DNA of 63,507 nucleotides, counting the filler, from Candidatus Woesearchaeota archaeon (GTDB lineage Archaea; Nanobdellota; Nanobdellia; Woesearchaeales; WJIZ01): assembly GCA_018221205.1 (NCBI GenBank). It is 7 parts of 7 records of this genome, joined end to end, with 100 filler letters (N's around TTAATTAATTAA, not from the genome) between each part and the next. Parts side by side here need not be neighbours in the genome. Positions count along the whole stretch, not along the records: positions 57,932 to 61,409 come from JAAOYF010000003.1; positions 61,510 to 63,507 come from JAAOYF010000046.1; 5 more parts are not named here. The stretch is one strand, 5' to 3'. The notes under the pieces are model-generated. The model saw nothing but the letters and a program-made list of their open reading frames with translations. It made no database searches and had not been told where the DNA came from. The position numbers and the translations under genes are program-made. Positions 57,932-63,507 of this stretch are shown one piece after another. Positions within the stretch are counted from its first letter, which is position 1. Every line of letters starts with the position of its first letter.

Positions 57932-60900
57932 GCCATCATGATATATGCCCAGTTATTTCCCTGCGGGAAAAGTGTTACACCCACCCCTAGAGTATTATTG
58001 GTGAAGGTGAGCTTCTCAATACCTTCTTCAGTTGGATAGACAAGACTGTTGGGATAGCTGATGCCTTGCGGAGTGATGATCTCTACTTTCTTGTTCTCCA
58101 TGTCGACATTCATGTTGACTGTTCCGCCTTGGACAGGGATGGGACATATCAAGATATCACCATCAGGACTGCAGCCGTTCACACCAGATGCATAGCTTGG
58201 CCAAGGAGAGATCCATGAATTAGCTGCGGCATTATCTGAGATACTCCTCACCTCTGAGTAGAACTGTTCAGACTCTGCGTCTGAGAAACCGAATCTTTCT
58301 TTCAGGAAAGTGATGCTCTTTGTCTTATCATTCCGGTATTCATTCTGTTTGAGTGTGTTATAGATCAAAGCGCGGTCAAAATCCCAGATGCCGAAGTGAC
58401 TCCATACACCTGACTTGCCGATCATATCATCTGAGGTGATATAATAATTCTGGGGAGGATCGCAATGGGTGAACTCAAGAACGGCCTCAGCACGTTCTTC
58501 ATCAACATATGTCAGCAACAGATCCTTTGCATCATCTTCATCCAGCAGAACGACCTCATGCAGGATCTGAACGGATATGGCAGTATCTTTGATGTCTTTG
58601 TCTAGCTCATCAAAGGCAGAGTTTGAGCCGCAATCAAGCATCCGTAGGATGCCTATGGCTTTATCTTCATCATTAGTCAATAAAGTATGGCCGATCCAAT
58701 GGGCCATAGGAGTATTCTGGGAGGTGCCGTCGAAGGTGACAGCCCTATTGCCGATTGCTTTGAACCAATGGCCGAAGTCCCACCAGGAGTTGATGATAGC
58801 ATCGGGTTCTGACAGCAAGTCTATCCTATCGAGACTGTCATACCAGGCATCGTTCATACTGGGAATCTCATTCATTGCTGTAGCTCTTCCTGCGTTGAAC
58901 GGTCCGATCAACAGCCAGAAGAGCAGAACGATGATGACTGATTTTGAGAGTGTCCTGTTCAGATAGAGTGTCTTTGAGATGACTCTAGGAATATACTTTA
59001 CCAAGATGCCGAATGCAATGCCTACACCGATAGAGAATGCAGGTACTAGGAGCAATGTGAAACGGATACCTTTAGTGCTGGCATATATCGTGGAGGTAAA
59101 CCAGATGATCAGCATGATGGCGAGCTTGAAATCAATCTCCCTATCCTTGAAATACATCGCAAGCAGGATCTTCACGATGATGGGCAGGGAAATCAGCACG
59201 AGGAACAAGATAAGATTTTGAGGACGGGCAACAATGATGATGAAGAGCCAAATTACCGAGGCAATCGCATAGTAAAGGTCCTTCTTGTCCATGCTGTTTT
59301 TCTTTATCAATGTCAGCGCTATTCCTAAAAGTGCAGCAAGGAAAAGAATCAGGCTGCCTGTACCGATCTGACTCACGACATGATTTAAAGATGCAGGATT
59401 CTGCTCTGCCACTGTTGTGAATACATTAGGCCATACAGTAATACCGACTTCCTTAAGCTTGATGAAGAAAGTAGCGCCTGAGAAAATCATCCCAAATGTC
59501 CCTAATCCGCCAGCCATCGAGCTCACTATCCAAGTAGAGATGAAAAAAGTGATCAACACCAATGCAGCACTTCTTAAGATAGGGTCTTTGGTTATCTCTT
59601 TCAGTCTGTTCCTATTAATAATAAGGTAGATGGCGATAAATCCGATAGCAGCGACAGCAAGGAAATCAAAGATATACCACCAACCAGTCCCCCAGATTGT
59701 AGTGTAGATGCCTACAATAATACCTGCAAGAGCACTCAACAACACGTTCTTTTTCCAACTTTTTGCTTCAAATGCTTCTAGGAAAAGCCATGCAGCCATC
59801 AAAGGGAAGAGGACGTTATAGGCGTCTGTATCAGAAAAACCGCCAGCAGTCCTTGTGAGGAATGCAGGATGAACCGCAACCAACAGTCCTGCGACAAGTC
59901 CGCCGAAGTTTCCGGAAATCCTCCTGGCGATGAAGAATGCAGGAATGACGCATAATGAAGCGATGAGGATAGGCATGATGAAAGCTGTAGCCATCAAATC
60001 CCTGTTTGGGTTGAATATGGTAAAAAATCGATGGACAAAGACAGTAGCATAGGCATGGAACATGTCTGGAGGGACTTCCCTGCCTACAGGTGCGAACATC
60101 TTAGTGTCCCAAGGCACGCATGTGGCACTTTCCATTGTGCAAGTCTCGCCTGTTGTCTTGTCACGAAGCTCATCACCAGGATGGCCGTTCTCAAGGACAT
60201 TGCGCGCATGACGCATCCAGAAATAAGGATCTATAGCGAGCAGATAGGTAGTGCCGTCTTTCTGTAGCCGGGATTTGAACTGATCAGAGGCCTGGATAAG
60301 CTGCTGGTCGTACGCTACCTGATTCTGCTTGATGAATTCCACGTACTGCTGATTGATGATGGCGTTGATATTCTCGCCTGGAAGATTAGGATATTGGGTA
60401 GAGACATCATTAGATATCTGCTGCCTTATACTATTTGATAGGCTTTGTTCAGCCCAGTTATCAGTTATAGGTAAGTCGCCAGGAATGGCCCGTAAATATA
60501 TAGAGAGTATCAATGGAATGAGGATGAGAAGGATTATTTTGTATTTGCTCATGAACCCCATGACCTTCTTGAAATCTACAGCAGCCTCATCTTCTTTATT
60601 GCCTTTGAAGAAATCTTTCACTTTCTTGAAGCTGAACGAGACTTCATCATCATCTTTCTGGCCCTTGCCAAGGCCTTTGAAGAACCCTTTGATTTTCGAG
60701 AAGTCAAAAGAAACTTCATCACTCTCTTCTTCTGTCTCTTTTACTTCTGTTTTAGGTCGGTCCTTCTTCTTGAACATGTTCTTTATCTTGGAAAAGTCAA
60801 TAGATATCTCATCAGAGTCTTCAGGAGCCTTTTCTTCCGGTTTTTCACTTGAAGTTTCAGGCACAGTAGGCTTTTCTTCAACAGCCTTCTCTTCCACTTG

Positions 60901-61047
60901 AGATTTCTCTTCAGGCTTTGGATCAGCTTTTATAGGTTCAGGCTCTGCTTTCAGATGCTCCTGTTCCTCTTCATGCTTCTTGGGCTTTTTCTTGAAGATA
61001 TTCTTGATTTTAGAAAAATCAATTGATATCTCATCATCATCTTCCAT
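57932..61047 (-). CDS. aglB: Oligosaccharyltransferase AglB (3' truncated by gap)
   Basis: DPY, GFSDTD, TVAE, SWWDFGH, DMIGK. Confidence 0.95.
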
Positions 61048-61296
61048 AGGAACCCCTCAAAACTGTTGAGCTCTGAAAAGCCGAGTGGTTTATAAGGTTT
61101 TTGTTCATCATTATTCGGGCATTTATTGCTAGTTTGTCGCTTCAAACTCCACTTATCGCCGAAAGATATAAGTATTCACTCTTGAATAGTCTATTTGGTT
61201 TACTACTCCGGTATACTAAAATACCGAAAAGTTTAAATATGAGGGCATTATTACAACCGGAGAGTTAATGCTCAATAACCTTGGGGGTACATAAAA

Positions 61297-61409
61297 ATGA
61301 GAATAAAACATTTTATTATGAGTTTACTTCTAGTCGCTTTGCTAGCCATTAGTGTGAGTGCATCACCTGCACCATTTAGTAAGGCGCTAACCTCAACTGA
61401 GACCATCAC
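61297..61409 (+). CDS. Start of a secreted protein (truncated by gap)
   Basis: MRIKHFIMSLLLVALLAISVSA signal peptide; TATA at ~61232. Confidence 0.6.
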
Positions 61410-61509
61410 NNNNNNNNNNNNNNNNNNNNNNNNNNNNNNNNNNNNNNNNNNNNTTAATTAATTAANNNNNNNNNNNNNNNNNNNNNNNNNNNNNNNNNNN
61501 NNNNNNNNN
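61410..61509. other. Artificial contig linker
   Basis: N/TTAATTAATTAA/N. Confidence 0.99.
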
Positions 61510-63374
61510 GGCCCAGAAGAGCACCAAAAACTCCTGGACAAACATTCATAGACACAATGCCTGAAGGAACATGGGCAGAAGTACCTAATAGCCATATGGC
61601 TAGTGTAGGAATTCAATGTTATGGACTTAATTGTCCTGAATGTCCAGACTTCTGGCCTCAAGAAAGCTCATGCAGTTTTAATAGTGTAGGATTAGCAGGG
61701 GTTATGAGTGTTTGGAGTGGAGGAGCATTTGACACAGAACGTAATAGATTAATAATCTGGGGTGGTGGACATGCAGCATATGCTGGTAATGAAGTATACA
61801 CTTTTGATACAGACACATTATTATGGGAGCGTATTACTAATCCAAGTTTTAACACAGGATATGACATGGATTCATGCACTTTCACTTCACCAGCAACTAT
61901 TGAAAAACCTGAAGGAGAAGTAATAACCCATAGAAGCAGAGTTTTAGAAAGATGTGCATATTATCCAAACCAACAAATAGACATTAGTAGTATTCCATTA
62001 GAACATAGAGATTATGCTGATTATGATACTTTTGGTGGAGGAACAATTAGATGTTATGGAAGATTAAAAGGAGAATATTGCAGTCAACAACCATATTCTG
62101 GATGGATAGATTATAGTCAGCCTGCATCAAGACACACTAATAATTATGTAGCATATGTTCCTGGGACTATAGATTCTTTTTATTCTTTTGGAGGCGCAGC
62201 ATTTTATGCTGGTGGACAATCAGGAACAAATAATATAGATGCTTTTGATTTTGATACAAGAACTTGGAATAAGAAATTAGCAATATTACCAACAGCAGGT
62301 TATGCAGCAACAGCAGTAGATACAACAACGAATCATGTTTGGACTTTAGGATTAGCAAGTGGAAGAGAATTATGGGAGTATGATCCAGTAGCAGATAGCA
62401 TGACCTTAAGATATCCACAAATGGATTATGGATGGCATTATTATAAAGTGATAGTTATAGATCCTGTTCGAAAATTGTTAGTTGCAGTTGGTAGAGGAAC
62501 ATATATGGTTTTTGATATATCATCAGTTGATACTAATGGTTATGTTACACAAATAGAAAGTGTATCAAGTGGACCTCAAGATTTAGTTGATTCAAATTAT
62601 CCAACATTAGATTATGATTATACTACAGGAAAAATGGTTGGTTGGTTAGGAGGGACAGATGTTTATGAGCTTGATCTTGATACTCACACATGGAGTAAAA
62701 TACCAGCATCAATAACTAATACTATAACACCAACAAACCCTACAGGAAATGGAGTTTATGGAAGGTGGAGGTACGATCCAAGCAAGAATGTTTTCATTGT
62801 GGTGAATGAAATTGATGAGAATGTGTTTGTGTATAAGTTGAGTGATGCAGCTCCTGTACAAAGTTGTATGCCAGAAGATGTGAATAATGATGGTACTGTG
62901 GGTATTGGTGATTTAGTAGAAATAGCGAGGGATTTTGGAGGAAGTTCTGTATCTGCTGATGTTAATAATGATAATATTGTCGATCTGAAAGATATTGTCC
63001 AGGTTGCGCGGAAATTCGGACAGATTGCTGCCTGTGAATGTATAGAAGGTTTGTCGAGACCGTGCGGTACTAATGAAGGCATCTGTGAAATGGGAGTGGA
63101 GAGTTGTTTGAATGGAGCATGGTCTGGAGAATGCCTTGGTGGGGTGAATCCACAACCAGAGATCTGCGACGGATTAGATAATAATTGCGATACGTTTACT
63201 GATGAAGGATGTCCTGTCTGCGAATGTTCTGATAATCTTTGTGAAAATGGGAATACTGGAATGATTTGTGATGGTTGTAATTATGTTGCTGCTCCTATCG
63301 AGATTTGTGAGGATGGGGTTGATAATGATTGTGATGGAGCGGATGCAGTTTGCTCTGTGGGAACAGTCGCTTGA
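61510..63374 (+). CDS. Large modular surface protein (5' partial): Kelch-like propeller, dockerin-like pair, Cys-rich EICDGxDNxCD repeats
   Basis: Frame open from the gap; DVNNDGTVGIGDL/DVNNDNIVDLKDI; EICDGLDNNCD, EICEDGVDNDCDG. Confidence 0.8.
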
Positions 63375-63507
63375 CCTTTGAGCGTTTCAGCTGATGATAG
63401 GCATCTTGAAGATCAAAATGGAGAACCTTTCTTGATGATAGGTGATACACCTTGGTCATTAATAGTGGGGGTGACTCCAGCAGAAGCACAACTCTATCTT
63501 GACAATA
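63375..63507 (+). pseudogene. In-frame continuation after TGA: DUF4038-like domain start
   Basis: PLSVSADDRHLEDQNGEPFLMIGDTPWSLIVGVTPAEAQLYLDN in the same frame directly after the stop. Confidence 0.6.

Noticed and set aside
63372..63374. Genome-wide TGA recoding
   Set aside because: Many conserved genes (argF, purN, folD, glmS, mdh) end properly at TGA.

Overview
Archaeal DNA, most consistent with a DPANN (Woesearchaeota-like) genome bin. It has archaeal informational genes (rpl15e, rps8e, rpl21e, rpoF, tfe, ABCE1, aglB, trmI, ZPR1, intron-containing tRNAs), TATA-box promoters and several bacterial-type metabolic genes (purH, purN, folD, nrdR-nrdA-nrdB, tpiA, ald). The window is seven contigs joined by six artificial N/TTAATTAATTAA/N linkers, so adjacency across linkers means nothing. 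Three contig ends carry an identical end of a multicopy IS200/IS605 element. The most unusual signal is a set of short, hairpin-rich inserts sharing a tandem-GA mini-hairpin. Each sits between two copies of a host gene terminus: the tpiA 5' end, the nnrD 3' end and the tRNA-Val 5' end. The two protein-coding duplicates keep their frame, with mostly synonymous changes at tpiA and mixed synonymous/amino-acid changes at nnrD. Other points of note: a Tyr-less class Ic RNR under bacterial NrdR boxes, an ABCE1 lacking one Fe-S cluster, parallel PurP and PurH/PurN routes, an RHH/PIN module flanked by direct repeats, a shared putative activator site, and two damaged modular surface-protein genes. All assignments come from motif recognition by eye; no database searches were run.
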